64,000 nucleotides of DNA from an uncultured Methylomirabilota bacterium (GCA_963705305.1 OY970067.1:4096001-4160000); one strand, 5' to 3'. Positions 33,480-44,371 are shown, counted from the stretch's first letter. Notes: a model not told the origin generated them from the letters alone. Program-made: numbers and translations.

Positions 33480-34145
33480 TCAACTCTCGACACCCATCAC
33501 CGCAAATGGCGAGCTGGTGGCAATGCGAGTGGCACCGGCCTCGATCATCGCCATCGCATCCTGATGGGTGCGCACCCCACCCGATGCCATGACACGCAGA
33601 TCGTTGCCGAATCGCTGCTTGATCGTGCGAACATGCGCCGGCGTGGTGACGTAGCCGTACCCCGGGTTCGTCTTCAGGAACGTGATACCGGCATCGAGAA
33701 TTAACTCGGCGGCACGCAGGGCCTCGTCTTCACTCAGAACGGCCGAGTAGTAGATTACCTTCACGGTGTGTGTGCTCGCCAAGATCCTCGCCGCCCTGAG
33801 CTCATCCGCAACCTTGCTGAGGTCGTTCGATCGGAAGGCGGAGAGATCCATCGCCAGATCGAGCTCATCCGCGCCATCCGACAAGGCCTGTGCCATCTGG
33901 ACCAGCTTGCCCTCCGTCGTCATGCCGCCGAGCGGGTAGGAGATGACCGTCACCACGTTCTGTCCGCGGGGATGGAAGTACTCCGCGGCAGAACGGAGAT
34001 AGCGCGGCTCGACCATGACCGCCGCCAGCCGGTAGGGTGCCAGCTTCCGATAGAACGCGTCCATCTCGGCGAGTGTCGCTGCCGGCCTGCTGGCAATCGA
34101 TGCATCGATCATCATGGCCAACTGGGAGACGGAAATCTCGTCCAT
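33480..34145 (-). CDS. Divergent DeoC-like aldolase paralogue
   Basis: YPLGG, GADELD, KTNPGY, VMASGG and RIATSS motifs. Confidence 0.85.
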   Translation of the reverse strand: MDEISVSQLAMMIDASIASRPAATLAEMDAFYRKLAPYRLAAVMVEPRYLRSAAEYFHPRGQNVVTVISYPLGGMTTEGKLVQMAQALSDGADELDLAMDLSAFRSNDLSKVADELRAARILASTHTVKVIYYSAVLSEDEALRAAELILDAGITFLKTNPGYGYVTTPAHVRTIKQRFGNDLRVMASGGVRTHQDAMAMIEAGATRIATSSPFAVMGVES

Positions 34146-34936
34146 CCCGTATCCTCCTTGCCGCGTGGATGTGCGGCATGCGAACGTCGGGCCCGGGAGC
34201 AAACGCGACTGCCCGACCGCTCCGCCGACGGTCTCATTAATCGAAGGCAATCCGGCGGACCCGGCCTGTTGCGGCTATGCATGCGCACCAACGGCCGCGG
34301 GCCCTAGATACAGAGGGGCTCCGTCAGCGACGAGGTTGACACCGACAACCCCTATGGGACCGGATTCCCCGGGAGTCAGGTCCCTGTTGTGGAGGGTCTT
34401 TAGATCGGGAGTGGGATTGGAAGGGCGAAGGCAACCCCCGGCCATACGGAGCCCCCTCCAAGGAGGCCTAACCAGGGAACGCTCCGGTTGGTGAAGAAGA
34501 CGCGTCGCAGCAAAATAGTTAGGCTCCACCTACCACCGGCGGATTGGCCAGTCAAGCAAAAAAAGCATATTATTCCGACACCTCGAAGTTCGACCTTAGG
34601 GGCATGTAGCAGTACGGCAGCCGGACCGTACAAGAACTGGGAAAGGGCATCCCCTCTTTCCTCTTGACAGCCGCTTTGAGCCCGCCGGATACTCTGACGC
34701 GTTTGGGGGGCGTGGTCTGTATGGGGCTGCGGGGCTGACCGGGGCCGGCGAGGAGTCCTGTGCGGGCGGGCTGATCACCCGCGTCGGGGGCCGCGAGGCG
34801 AGCGGACCGCACGGGATCCCCGAGTTGGGCGGAGGGCCCGCGGCCGTTTTGGGGATCACGCTTTCCCTGTCCGCGGAGCTCGATGACAGCATTGTGCGGT
34901 CGGCTCGGTATATCGTCGAGCCGGGAGAGGAGAGCC

Positions 34937-36232
34937 ATGAAACGAAAGACGGTCATCCGGATAGGCATCGCGGCGGTCCTCCTGGTAGGGCTGGCGGTGG
35001 GTTCGGCCATGGCGCAGGCCCCCGTGACGATCGATTTCTGGGGCGGCTGGACTGGGCCGGACCGCGGGGTCATGGAAAAACTGGTGAACCAGTACCAGAC
35101 CGAGAATCCCGGCGTGAAAGTGAACCTGTTCACCGTCCAATGGACGCCCCTCTTCGATCGCTTCCTCACCTCGTTCCGCAGCGGAGAAGTGCCGGATGTC
35201 CTGGCGATGCACGTGCAGGACATCGCCACGTTCGCCAGCAGGAATCTCCTCCAGCCTGTCGCAAAGGACGCCGAGAACGCCGGGCTCAAGTCCGACCAGT
35301 TCGCCCAGACCGCCTGGAACGGCACCTTCTGGAGCGGCATTCAGTACGCCTTTCCGCTGGATCTGCACATGCACGCGATCTTCGTCAATCTCGACATGTT
35401 CAAAGCGGCGGGTCTGGACCCCAACAAGCTGCCGACGACCGGTGCCGAGCTGATCGCCGCGGCGACGAAGCTCACCGTCGATCAGAACGGCAAGCATCCG
35501 GGTGAGAGCGGCTTCGATGCGACGAAGGTCAAGCAGTGGGGCTTTGGGATAAACTCGAATCACCACGGCTTCTACTACTTCTATGCCCTCCTGGCACAGC
35601 AGCACGCCTCCTTCCTCGATTCGGCGGGGACGAAGGTGGCCGTGGACACGGCCAAGGGGGAGCGCGCCTGGCAGTGGCTGCAGGACCTCGTTTACAAGTA
35701 TAAGGTTGTTCCCCAGGGAGAGACGAACGCCTTCCAGGACTGGGTAACCGGCCGGGTGGCAATGGCCGTGGACGGTCCGTGGCAGTTGCCGGCCGCCCAG
35801 GAGTCGGCCACCTTCGCCTGGGGCACCGCCACCTTCCCGAACGTGTTCGGGACACCGGCCACCTGGGGCAGCGGCCATGTCCTCACGCTGCCGGTGAAGA
35901 ACGACCCGGCCAAGCGCCAGGCGGCGCTGAAGTTCGTCGCGTGGCTCCTCCACAATTCCGCCGGCTGGGGGACCTCCGGCAACATCCCGGCAAACCTTGC
36001 CGCCCGGCAGACGCAGGAATTCAAGTCATTGCCGGGCCGCACGGCTTTCGTGAACTCGCTCCCGTTCGTCGTGTTCCTGCCCGATATCCCGAAGACGAAC
36101 CAGGTCTTCTCGGCCGCCGGCCCCAGCCCGATTGTGGTCGCGGCGCAGAGCGTGATCTTGAAGGACGCGCCCGTCTCCCAGGTGCTCAAGCAGCTGATCG
36201 ATGGCGTCAACCAGATCCTGGCGACACCTTAA
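34937..36232 (+). CDS. Sugar ABC transporter substrate-binding protein
   Basis: Signal peptide and CUT1-type features (YAFP...N.D.FKAAGLDP, AMAVDGPW). Confidence 0.92.
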   Translation: MKRKTVIRIGIAAVLLVGLAVGSAMAQAPVTIDFWGGWTGPDRGVMEKLVNQYQTENPGVKVNLFTVQWTPLFDRFLTSFRSGEVPDVLAMHVQDIATFASRNLLQPVAKDAENAGLKSDQFAQTAWNGTFWSGIQYAFPLDLHMHAIFVNLDMFKAAGLDPNKLPTTGAELIAAATKLTVDQNGKHPGESGFDATKVKQWGFGINSNHHGFYYFYALLAQQHASFLDSAGTKVAVDTAKGERAWQWLQDLVYKYKVVPQGETNAFQDWVTGRVAMAVDGPWQLPAAQESATFAWGTATFPNVFGTPATWGSGHVLTLPVKNDPAKRQAALKFVAWLLHNSAGWGTSGNIPANLAARQTQEFKSLPGRTAFVNSLPFVVFLPDIPKTNQVFSAAGPSPIVVAAQSVILKDAPVSQVLKQLIDGVNQILATP

Positions 36233-36317
36233 GGGCGCGATGCGCGCGAGGCATCCGGGAGGCCCGGCCGTTGCGGCGGCCGGGCCTCCGTAATCCAGAC
36301 CACGAAAGGGACCCGGC

Positions 36318-37238
36318 GTGATCGAGAAGGCGAGGGCATCGACACGGCGCGCCGCGCGGCGCGGCGCCTCATCCCGCTGGTATGGCGGGGCCACCCCCTG
36401 GATCTTCCTGGCGCCCTTCCTCACCGCATTCATCCTTTTCCGCCTGGGCCCTGTCATCGGGGGCTTCTTCATCAGCCTGACCAGATGGGGAATCGTCGGG
36501 TCGCCGACGTGGGTCGGGCTTGCGAACTACCGGGCACTCCTGCGCGATCCGCTGTTTCATACCTCGCTGATCAACACGCTCTTCTTCGTGCTGCTCACCG
36601 TCCCGGCGATGGTGGCGCTCAGCCTGGGGCTGGCCCTCCTCGTCAACATGCCGATGGCCCCGAGGATCTTCGCGCGCACCTCCATCTTCCTGCCGTACGT
36701 CGTGATGGCGGCGGTGGTGGGGGTGATCTGGAACTGGATGCTCGACTCCAACTTCGGGCTCGTCAACTACGCGCTCAAGCTAGTTGGCCTGGGACCGTAC
36801 CGCTGGCTCACCGATTTTAATCTGGCGATGCCCGCAGTCGCCGGGGTCACGATCTGGTGGACCGTCGGCTTCAACATGATTATCTACCTCGCCGGCCTGC
36901 AGGATGTTCCGCGCGAGCTCGAAGAGGCGGCCATGATCGACGGGGCGGGCTCGTTGGCCGTGCTGCGCCACGTCACCCTGCCGATGCTCACCCCCACGAC
37001 GTTCGTGGTGCTGATGCTCACCACGATCAATGCGGCGCAGGTCTTCGACCAGATCTATGTCATGACCGGCGGAGGGCCGGGGACATCGACCCTCACGCTC
37101 GTCCAGTATCTCTATTATCAAGCGTTCCAGTCCTTCAATCTCGGCTACGGTTCGGCCGTGGCCTACTTCGTCTTCGTCCTGCTTGCCGTGTTCGGCATCA
37201 TCCAGCTGCGGCTTGTCCGCCAGCAGGTGACGTCGTGA
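36318..37238 (+). CDS. Sugar ABC permease
   Basis: EEAAMIDGA loop and MTGGGPG. Confidence 0.93.
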   Translation: MIEKARASTRRAARRGASSRWYGGATPWIFLAPFLTAFILFRLGPVIGGFFISLTRWGIVGSPTWVGLANYRALLRDPLFHTSLINTLFFVLLTVPAMVALSLGLALLVNMPMAPRIFARTSIFLPYVVMAAVVGVIWNWMLDSNFGLVNYALKLVGLGPYRWLTDFNLAMPAVAGVTIWWTVGFNMIIYLAGLQDVPRELEEAAMIDGAGSLAVLRHVTLPMLTPTTFVVLMLTTINAAQVFDQIYVMTGGGPGTSTLTLVQYLYYQAFQSFNLGYGSAVAYFVFVLLAVFGIIQLRLVRQQVTS

Positions 37239-38086
37239 GCCCGTCCATGCGCAGGCGATCCTGGCAGGCCGCGGCCGCGCTCGCAATGATCGCGGTCGGC
37301 ATTGCGTTTCTTCTCCCGATCCTGTGGATGCTCATCACGAGCGTGAAGCCGGAAGGCCAGATCATGCGCTACCCGCCGGAGTTCATCCCCCGGCAGATCA
37401 CCGCGGAAAACTTCGCGAGCGTCTTCCGGCGATTCGCCTTCGGGCGCTGGGCGTTCAACAGCTTTGTGGTCGCGGCGGTCGCCACCTTCCTGGTCGTGCC
37501 GGTGGATGCGCTGGCCGGCTACGCGCTCGCGCGCATGCGCTTTCCGGGCCGGAATGCGCTCTATCTGCTGATCCTTTCGATGCTGATGGTGCCGCTCCAG
37601 GTCACCGTCATCCCGCTCTTCATCGGCTTCGTCGATGTCAACATGCTCAACACGCATTGGGCGCTGATCCTGCCTACCGTGGCGAACGTGACCGGCGTCT
37701 TTCTCCTCCGCCAATTCTTCGTGTCCGTCCCGGTCGAGCTGGAGGATGCCGGCCGTATCGACGGCACGAATCAGTTCCAGCTGTGGTGGTTCGTGATGCT
37801 GCCCCTGGCCCGGCCGGTCATGGCCACCGTGGCCATCATCACGTTTATGTCCTCGTGGAACAACTTCCTCTGGCCGCTGATCGCGATCAGCAATGACTCC
37901 ACCAGGACGCTCCCCGTGGGCATCGCGCAGTTCATGGGCGCCAGCAGCGGCGCCAGCGGCTCGGCGCCGACGTACGGCATGCCGACGGCGGCGGCGGCCA
38001 TGGCCACCGCGCCGGCCGTGCTGGTCTTTCTGGGCCTGCAACGCTGGTTCGTGCGCGGGATCACTTCCACGGGAATCAAGGGATGA
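37235..38086 (+). CDS. Sugar ABC permease
   Basis: EDAGRIDG and SWNNFLWP; GTGA overlap with the upstream gene. Confidence 0.93.
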   Translation: MSPSMRRRSWQAAAALAMIAVGIAFLLPILWMLITSVKPEGQIMRYPPEFIPRQITAENFASVFRRFAFGRWAFNSFVVAAVATFLVVPVDALAGYALARMRFPGRNALYLLILSMLMVPLQVTVIPLFIGFVDVNMLNTHWALILPTVANVTGVFLLRQFFVSVPVELEDAGRIDGTNQFQLWWFVMLPLARPVMATVAIITFMSSWNNFLWPLIAISNDSTRTLPVGIAQFMGASSGASGSAPTYGMPTAAAAMATAPAVLVFLGLQRWFVRGITSTGIKG

Positions 38087-39084
38087 CGAGACGCGCCACG
38101 CCGGTCAGCCCGGAAAAGGGCTCGATGACGCTCACCGTCTCTTCCCCCCAGCGGATCCTCCGAGAGCCATTCGATCCACCCGCATGCCACGGCATTACGC
38201 TCGCCCGCCTCGGCGAGAGCCGGCTTCTGGCAGTATGGTACGCCTGCTCGTTTGAGACTTCCTCGGATACCGTGCTCGTGGCGGCGGAGCGGTCCGGCGG
38301 CGGAACGTGGTCGACCCCGCGCGTGATCGTCGACATCCCCCTGACCGCCGTCGGCAACCCCGCCCTGTGGCGCGACGGCGGGGGGCTGCACCTGGCGTAC
38401 GTCATCCTCGATCGCGAGGAATGGACCAGCGCGCACATTGTCGCCTCCGATTCCAGTGACGGCGGCTCGACGTGGAGCGGGCCGCGGCTCCTGCACGAGC
38501 GCGAGGGCCTCATGGTCCGCAACCGGCCCCTGGTCACGCCTGGCGGTGCGATCTTGCTGCCGGTCTACGACGAGAAAAGCTGGGCGCCGCTGGTGCTCCG
38601 CAGCCAGGACGGCGGCGTGAGCTGGCGTCTCTTCGGAGACACCACGGCGCGCGGCGTGGCGCTGCAGCCGGCCCTGGCGCTGGCGCCGGACGGGAAGATC
38701 CTGATGCTCTCCCGCGGGCGCAAGGGCCGCGCCTTGGCCTCGTGGTCCGCCGACGAGGGGAGGTCCTGGACGGCATCCCGCCCTCTCGATATGCCCAATC
38801 CGAACAGCGGGCTGGACCTCGTCAACCTTCCCGACGGGTCGATCCTCGCCGCTTACAACCATTCTTCGACCGATCGGCTGCGCCTGGATCTGGCCGTCTC
38901 CCGGGACGGCGGGGCCCACTGGTCTGATCCGATGCCGGTCGCAGTCACGACCAATGGGGAGCTGTCCTACCCCTGCCTGCTGCTCGCCGACGGTCGGCAG
39001 GTTCACCTTGCCTACACCGTGAATCGGGTCAACTTCCACTATCACGGGATTGAGATTCCCGCGGACGCGAGTGATGAGCCCTGA
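38083..39084 (+). CDS. BNR/Asp-box (sialidase-like) protein
   Basis: Repeated S.D.G.[ST]W boxes, PNPNSG and LSYP. Confidence 0.88.
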   Translation: MTRRATPVSPEKGSMTLTVSSPQRILREPFDPPACHGITLARLGESRLLAVWYACSFETSSDTVLVAAERSGGGTWSTPRVIVDIPLTAVGNPALWRDGGGLHLAYVILDREEWTSAHIVASDSSDGGSTWSGPRLLHEREGLMVRNRPLVTPGGAILLPVYDEKSWAPLVLRSQDGGVSWRLFGDTTARGVALQPALALAPDGKILMLSRGRKGRALASWSADEGRSWTASRPLDMPNPNSGLDLVNLPDGSILAAYNHSSTDRLRLDLAVSRDGGAHWSDPMPVAVTTNGELSYPCLLLADGRQVHLAYTVNRVNFHYHGIEIPADASDEP

Positions 39085-39275
39085 TCCGAATGTACGCTCT
39101 CGCCAAGATTGCCATTTCCAGTATGCAGCAGACAGAAGTCAGAGGTTTCGGCTTGACGAGGGTCTCGACAGAGGGGTAGCCTCCTGGCCACCGAGAGCCC
39201 GGGCCGCGGGAGGCCCGATTTCCAACACCGCTAGAGGCGCGGCTAGGGCGGCGCCGATGACACAGAGGAGAGGCG

Positions 39276-40245
39276 ATGACCTTTCGACCGAAAGTACTGA
39301 TCAGCGTTGGAAAGGTGAACTTCCCGCCGGATGTCGCGGACGCGCTCGCCGACGTCGCCGATGTCCAGTTCGTTACGGGCGATTACGGGGCGCAGCGCAT
39401 AGACACGCAGGCGGTTGTCGTCGGCGGAGAGCAGGTGAACGAAGGGTATCTGGCCCAGGCGCCGCAACTCAAGATCGTGGCCCGATTTGGCGTGGGGTAC
39501 GATGCGGTGGATGTCGCGGCCTGCACCCGCAGACGGGTGTACGTGGGGCACACGCCGGACATCTTGAGCGCCGCCGTGGCGGACCTCGCCTGGGCGCTCA
39601 TCCTTGCCTGGATGCGGCGCATCGCGGAGGGGGACCGCTTCGTCCGGACGGAGTGGGGGAAGCGTCAGTCGGCCTTTCCGTTCGGATGGGACCTCAGCGG
39701 AAAGACAGTGGGATTCCTTGGCGTCGGGCGGATCGGCGCCGAGGCGGCAAAGCGCGGATTCGGCTTCGGGGTGACCATGATCTACCACGACGTGATCCGG
39801 CGCCCCGACCTGGAGCAGAGCTACCGCCTCGAGGCGGTGAGCTTCCCGGAGCTGCTCCATCGCTCGGAACGTCCTGTCGGTGCACGTCCCGCTCCTGCCC
39901 TCCACCGCCAAGCTGCTCGGGCGTGAGGCGTTTCAGCAGATGAAGCCGTCGGCCATCGTGATCAACACGAGCCGGGGGGGCGTCATCGACCAGGCGGCGC
40001 TGGCGGAGGCCCTCGAGCAGGGGCGGATCGCCGGGGCGGCGCTCGACGTGTTCGAAAAGGAGCCGTTGCCGCTCGACGACCCCCTGCTCAAAGTCCGGAA
40101 CCTCATCCTGACGCCGCACTGCGCCTCCGCCACCTGGGAAACCAGACGAAAGATGGCGGAACGATGCGCCGAGAACGTGCGCGCGTGCGTCACAGGTCGG
40201 CGCCCGCCCTTTGTCGTCCCCGAACAGAAGGAGTGCACGTTCTAG
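39276..40245 (+). pseudogene. D-2-hydroxyacid dehydrogenase with a single frameshift (~39869)
   Basis: GVGRIG in the first frame; HVPL, INTSRGG, LDVFE and TPH in the second. An extra A sits in TCGGAACGTC. Confidence 0.85.
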
Positions 40246-40264
40246 CCCCATTCCTAGGATATCT

Positions 40265-40323
40265 CACCGCCAAGGCGCCAAGAAGGGCACGGACTTTGGT
40301 GCCTTGGTGTCATGGCGGCTGAG
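40265..40323. repeat. REP-like imperfect palindrome
   Basis: CTCACCGCCAAGGCGCCAAG...CTTGGTGTCATGGCGGCTGAG; same family as the repeats at 601-901. Confidence 0.55.
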
Positions 40324-40504
40324 CAGTTCTTTCGGTTCAAAGTCAGCTTCATCTTGAAGATGCCTTGCTGGCAAGGCGCCTGGCAGGCCATGGCCGGACG
40401 AGGAGAGGTGTCTCCATGCCATGGATCGATTCCTCCTTCGGGGTGCCTCGTGAGAGTCAGGGCACCGCACAGTCCTCCATTCGGCAAGGGAAGGAGTTGT
40501 GTGC

Positions 40505-41686
40505 ATGCGGGCGCTAACCGGCATACGCGTCCTGGACCTCTCCCGGTTTGTCGCGGGTCCGTTCTGCTGCCAGATCCTGGGAGATCACGGGGCAGATGTG
40601 GTCAAGGTTGAGAAGTCCGACGGCGAGCCGTCCCGCCGGATGCCTCCCTTCCTCAAAGAGGAAAGTCTCTACTTTTTTGCCTATAACGGCAGCAAGCGCA
40701 GCATCACCCTCAACCTGCGCTCGGAGGCGGGCCTGCGCCTGCTGCGGCAGATGATCCTGAGGGCGGATGTCGTGGTGGAGAATTTCCGGGCGGGCACCAT
40801 GGAGAAGATGGGGCTGGACTATGCCGGGCTTGCGCGCGAGCATCCGCCGCTCATCCTGGTCTCGATCTCCGGGTTCGGCACCGAAGGCCCCTACGCCGAG
40901 CGTCCCGCCTTCGACGAGATCATCCAGACCATGAGCGGGCTGGCCAGCCTGACCGGCGAGGCGGCTGGCCCCCCGCTGCTCACGGGGACCTATGTGGCCG
41001 ATTTCTTGACCGGGGTGTATGCGGCGCTGGGAGCGGTCTTGGCGGTGCAGGCGCGGGCACGGAGCGGGTGCGGACAGTGGGTCCGCATGAACCTGTTCCA
41101 GTGTCTGGTCTCCATCCTGAATACCACGGTCAGCCGCTACCTCGCTCTCGGGCAGGCGCCGTTCCGGCAAGGGAACCGGAACCCGCTGATCGCGCCGGGA
41201 AATCTCTATCGGGCGCGGGACGGCTTCGTGACCATCGAATGCCTCACGCAAGAGATGTGGGAGAATCTGGGTCGGGCCATGGGACGCGAAGATCTCTTGC
41301 AGGATCCCCGATTCAGGGATGTTCTCAGCCGGCAGCAGCATGCCGAGGCGCTGGACCGGGAGATCGGGGCGTGGATCGGCGACAAGAGCCAGGAGCAGGC
41401 GCTCGCCCTCCTGCACCAGCGCGGGGTGCCGAGCGGCCCCGTCCTGGACATTCCGGCACTCGTCAATCATCCCCAGTTCACGGCCAACCAGATGGTCGCC
41501 GAGGTGGATGTGCCGGGGTTGGGCAGTGTGCCCCTCCTGGCTCCGCCCATTCATATGGACGGGGACGCGGCGGCCGTGCGCGGGCGCCCTCCCGGACAGG
41601 GGGAACACACGGAAGCAGTCCTCGGCGAATGGCTGGGCCTCACGGCGAGCGAGGTGGGGCGATTGCGGGCGGCGGGTGCCCTGTGA
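40505..41686 (+). CDS. CaiB/BaiF class III CoA transferase
   Basis: RVLDLS..AGP, GADVVKVE, KRSITLNL and ENFRAG motifs. Confidence 0.95.
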   Translation: MRALTGIRVLDLSRFVAGPFCCQILGDHGADVVKVEKSDGEPSRRMPPFLKEESLYFFAYNGSKRSITLNLRSEAGLRLLRQMILRADVVVENFRAGTMEKMGLDYAGLAREHPPLILVSISGFGTEGPYAERPAFDEIIQTMSGLASLTGEAAGPPLLTGTYVADFLTGVYAALGAVLAVQARARSGCGQWVRMNLFQCLVSILNTTVSRYLALGQAPFRQGNRNPLIAPGNLYRARDGFVTIECLTQEMWENLGRAMGREDLLQDPRFRDVLSRQQHAEALDREIGAWIGDKSQEQALALLHQRGVPSGPVLDIPALVNHPQFTANQMVAEVDVPGLGSVPLLAPPIHMDGDAAAVRGRPPGQGEHTEAVLGEWLGLTASEVGRLRAAGAL

Positions 41687-41761
41687 CGGGACGGCCGTGT
41701 GCCCGGGGCGGGCTTTCGTCGGTCCTCCGGTGAGGGAAAAGAGGAAGAGTGGGAGGAAGCC

Positions 41762-42739
41762 ATGCCAATTCAGCGAGCCGCGGTTTTGAAGCCGTATACT
41801 TGGGACTGCATGCCGATTGGAGAGGAGTTCGGTCCCGTGGAGGGAGTCGTCTCCGAGCTGAAGCTCAAGACCCACGCGTTTGCCGTGGACGATTACGGCG
41901 TGTGGTACTTTCAGGCGTCGCCGTTCGGGAACCGGATCGGGCACCCCACATTGCTGGCCACGGATATCCTGATGCTTTTCACCCTCAACTACGATGCCAG
42001 TCCGCCCACATTCCAGGGGGGACTCCACACCCGGAACGAGATGGAGTTCGTGCGGCCCGTGTTCGTGGGGCAACGCGTGACGATCACGGGACGGACCACG
42101 GAGAAGTACCGGAAGCGAGAGCAGAACTACCGTGTGCTGGAGGGCGAGGTGCGGGACGAGGCGGCGCGGGTGTGTCTGCGCGTCCGGGCCACCGAGACGG
42201 TGGGGTTGTCGCCGAGCACGCCGGTAGGGAAAGGGCTGGGCACCCCGCCGCCCGATGCCATCACCGGCGAGGTCCCGCCGGGATCTCCCGTCGTCACACG
42301 GGGCACCCGGTGGACTCCTCTGGGGGCGGCCCTGCCGTACCTGGTCAAGCATACCTCACTGGAGCAGAGCGTTCTCTACTCGGGTTTCCCCCACGGATGG
42401 GCGGATGGCGGGGCCCGCAATATGTGGGTGAATATCCACACAGACCCCGAGATCGGCCGGCGGCACGGGCAGCCGGACGCCGTCGTGCAGGGCCTGTGCT
42501 CGGCAGCCTATATCTCTGAGATGTGCACGAGCTTTTTCGGGCCCTCCTGGCTCACCACCGGCCGGCTCTCCACGGTGTTCATCCGCCCGGTGATCGTGAG
42601 AGATGAGATTACCGCCTGCGGACTGCTGAAGCGAATGGAGCGGGAGGGGGATGGCCGGCGTCTTTGGCTGGATGTCTGGTGCAAGAACCAGCGCGGGGAG
42701 CTCGTCACGGTGGGACGGGCGAGCGCCCTGGTGGAATAG
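41762..42739 (+). CDS. Double hot-dog MaoC-like dehydratase
   Basis: Two hot-dog domains; NIHTD...VVQG. Confidence 0.8.
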   Translation: MPIQRAAVLKPYTWDCMPIGEEFGPVEGVVSELKLKTHAFAVDDYGVWYFQASPFGNRIGHPTLLATDILMLFTLNYDASPPTFQGGLHTRNEMEFVRPVFVGQRVTITGRTTEKYRKREQNYRVLEGEVRDEAARVCLRVRATETVGLSPSTPVGKGLGTPPPDAITGEVPPGSPVVTRGTRWTPLGAALPYLVKHTSLEQSVLYSGFPHGWADGGARNMWVNIHTDPEIGRRHGQPDAVVQGLCSAAYISEMCTSFFGPSWLTTGRLSTVFIRPVIVRDEITACGLLKRMEREGDGRRLWLDVWCKNQRGELVTVGRASALVE

Positions 42740-42949
42740 GCCGTTTCCATTGATCCGCGAATATGAGAGCGCCGCTCGAGCCCAGAGGCTGGAGCGGCGC
42801 ATCCGCCTGCATCGAATCACCTGATGTTCTCATCACCGGTCGGGTGCGAGGTGCCTACTTGCCGGCATCTTGCCGGATCTCGCGGCTGATCTGATTCTCC
42901 TGTGGCGTGAAAAGTACGTGGTCGTATGTGCGAGTCCAAGCACTTACAC

Positions 42950-43447
42950 CTAATCGACCAATCCGGTGATCTCGTACCGGAAACAGGCCCAGCCGAGCTC
43001 CGACTGGGTCGGGACCACGGTGGCAAACGTTCCTGTCTGGCCGGGGCGGATGGTCCTCGGGAGCACGGCTGCTTCAACGGTTTTGACAGCTTGATTCTGT
43101 GAGTCGAACAGGCTGAACCCCACGATGACCTCGGAGACCGCCCTTTGCCCCACGTTGCGATAGGTGCCCTGGACTTTCGTGCCCGGCGTGCCGGTGAGCT
43201 TGGTGATCTCCACGGCCTTTTCGTCGGGACAGATGAAATTGGTGATCGACTCCAGGGGCGCGGTCTGCGGCTGACTGGAGGCGCTCTCGGTTTCGCGCTG
43301 CTCTTTCAACTTCGCTTGTATGTACTCGCATTCCTCCCGGGAAAGCGATCCCTGGGGGAGGTTCTGACAGGTCACCTCGGCGGACACCGCGACCCCGGGC
43401 CAGATCATCAACAGGAACCCGATCGTCACAAGAAGACGGGAGGACAT
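42950..43447 (-). CDS. Exported FxLYD-like domain protein
   Basis: Signal peptide; G..RNVG...FSLFD...IRPGQTGTF. Confidence 0.65.
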   Translation of the reverse strand: MSSRLLVTIGFLLMIWPGVAVSAEVTCQNLPQGSLSREECEYIQAKLKEQRETESASSQPQTAPLESITNFICPDEKAVEITKLTGTPGTKVQGTYRNVGQRAVSEVIVGFSLFDSQNQAVKTVEAAVLPRTIRPGQTGTFATVVPTQSELGWACFRYEITGLVD

Positions 43448-43485
43448 GCAGTGCTCCTTTCTTCCATCTGTGCCGCTCGATGGCC

Positions 43486-44106
43486 TCATGGCTGGCGCTC
43501 GCGGGCGCGGTTCTCTTCGAGCTGGCGTTTTCGCTCGTCGGGAGACAGCTCGCGCGGCCGTTTCTGATTCTCGCGGAGGCGCTGGCGGATCGCCTGCCGC
43601 TTCTCTGGTGACATCTGCCGCCACTGCTGCGCCCGCTCGCGGAGCCGTTGCCGCTCTTCGGGCGAAAGACGCTGGAACTGCTCGAGCCGCTGGCGGAGCG
43701 CCTGCCGCTCCTCCGGCGCCAGCTGCTGCCACCGCTGCATGCGCTCGCGAAGGCGCTGCTGCTCCTGAGGAGGCAGTTGCTGCCAACGTCGGAAGTTCTG
43801 ACGGATCTGCTGCTGCGCCTGGGGTGGAAGGTGCCGGAACGTCTCCAGGTTGCGGCGGACCTGCTCGCGCTCTTCCGGTGAGAGCTGCTTCCAGCGCTCG
43901 TAATTCTCTCGGATGCGCTGCCGTTCCTCGGGGGAGAGTTGGTTCCACCGCTGCAGGTTTTGCTGCGCGCGCGCGCGCTCGTCGGGCGTGAGGGACTCGA
44001 GGCCCGAGATCGCGCCCCCGGCGGGCGGCACCTGCGGCCGGGCCGGCGGCGGGCAGGCCAAGAAGACGAGCAACAGGCCAAGCAGGAAGATGGGCGTCCG
44101 CCTCAT
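43486..44106 (-). CDS. DUF3106-like periplasmic helical-repeat protein
   Basis: Signal peptide; repeated W.QLSPEER units. Confidence 0.8.
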   Translation of the reverse strand: MRRTPIFLLGLLLVFLACPPPARPQVPPAGGAISGLESLTPDERARAQQNLQRWNQLSPEERQRIRENYERWKQLSPEEREQVRRNLETFRHLPPQAQQQIRQNFRRWQQLPPQEQQRLRERMQRWQQLAPEERQALRQRLEQFQRLSPEERQRLRERAQQWRQMSPEKRQAIRQRLRENQKRPRELSPDERKRQLEENRARERQP

Positions 44107-44363
44107 GGCTTCCCCTTTGTCTCTGCGCCAGTGGTCTGGGACTCCGGCGCCGCCGCCGGGCGCCGCACATCCTCTCGCGGGCGCAGCAGGTCCAACTGTT
44201 GGAGCAAATCCAGGTCGCGGAGGGCGTCCATGTCGGCGAGCATTCGGGCGTCCACTCTGGCGTCCGTTTGCGGTGACGGGGATTTCGCCGCCGGCGCCTG
44301 TTGCGCCGCCGTCAACAAGAGGCCTGCCAGGACCGCAACGGCTGTTCGCCATACCTTCCACAT
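44103..44363 (-). CDS. Small exported protein
   Basis: Signal peptide; DMDALRDLDLL motif echoing the anti-sigma C-terminus; overlaps the next start. Confidence 0.6.
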   Translation of the reverse strand: MWKVWRTAVAVLAGLLLTAAQQAPAAKSPSPQTDARVDARMLADMDALRDLDLLQQLDLLRPREDVRRPAAAPESQTTGAETKGKP

Positions 44364-44371
44364 ATGCGCGC

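Noticed and set aside
34200..34312. ykkC-type riboswitch in the deoC leader
   Set aside because: CTAGGG-CCCGC...GGTCCG resembles the 5' part, but the conserved 3' motif is absent.
43486..44000. DNA periodicity in this region
   Set aside because: Explained by the protein's helical repeats.
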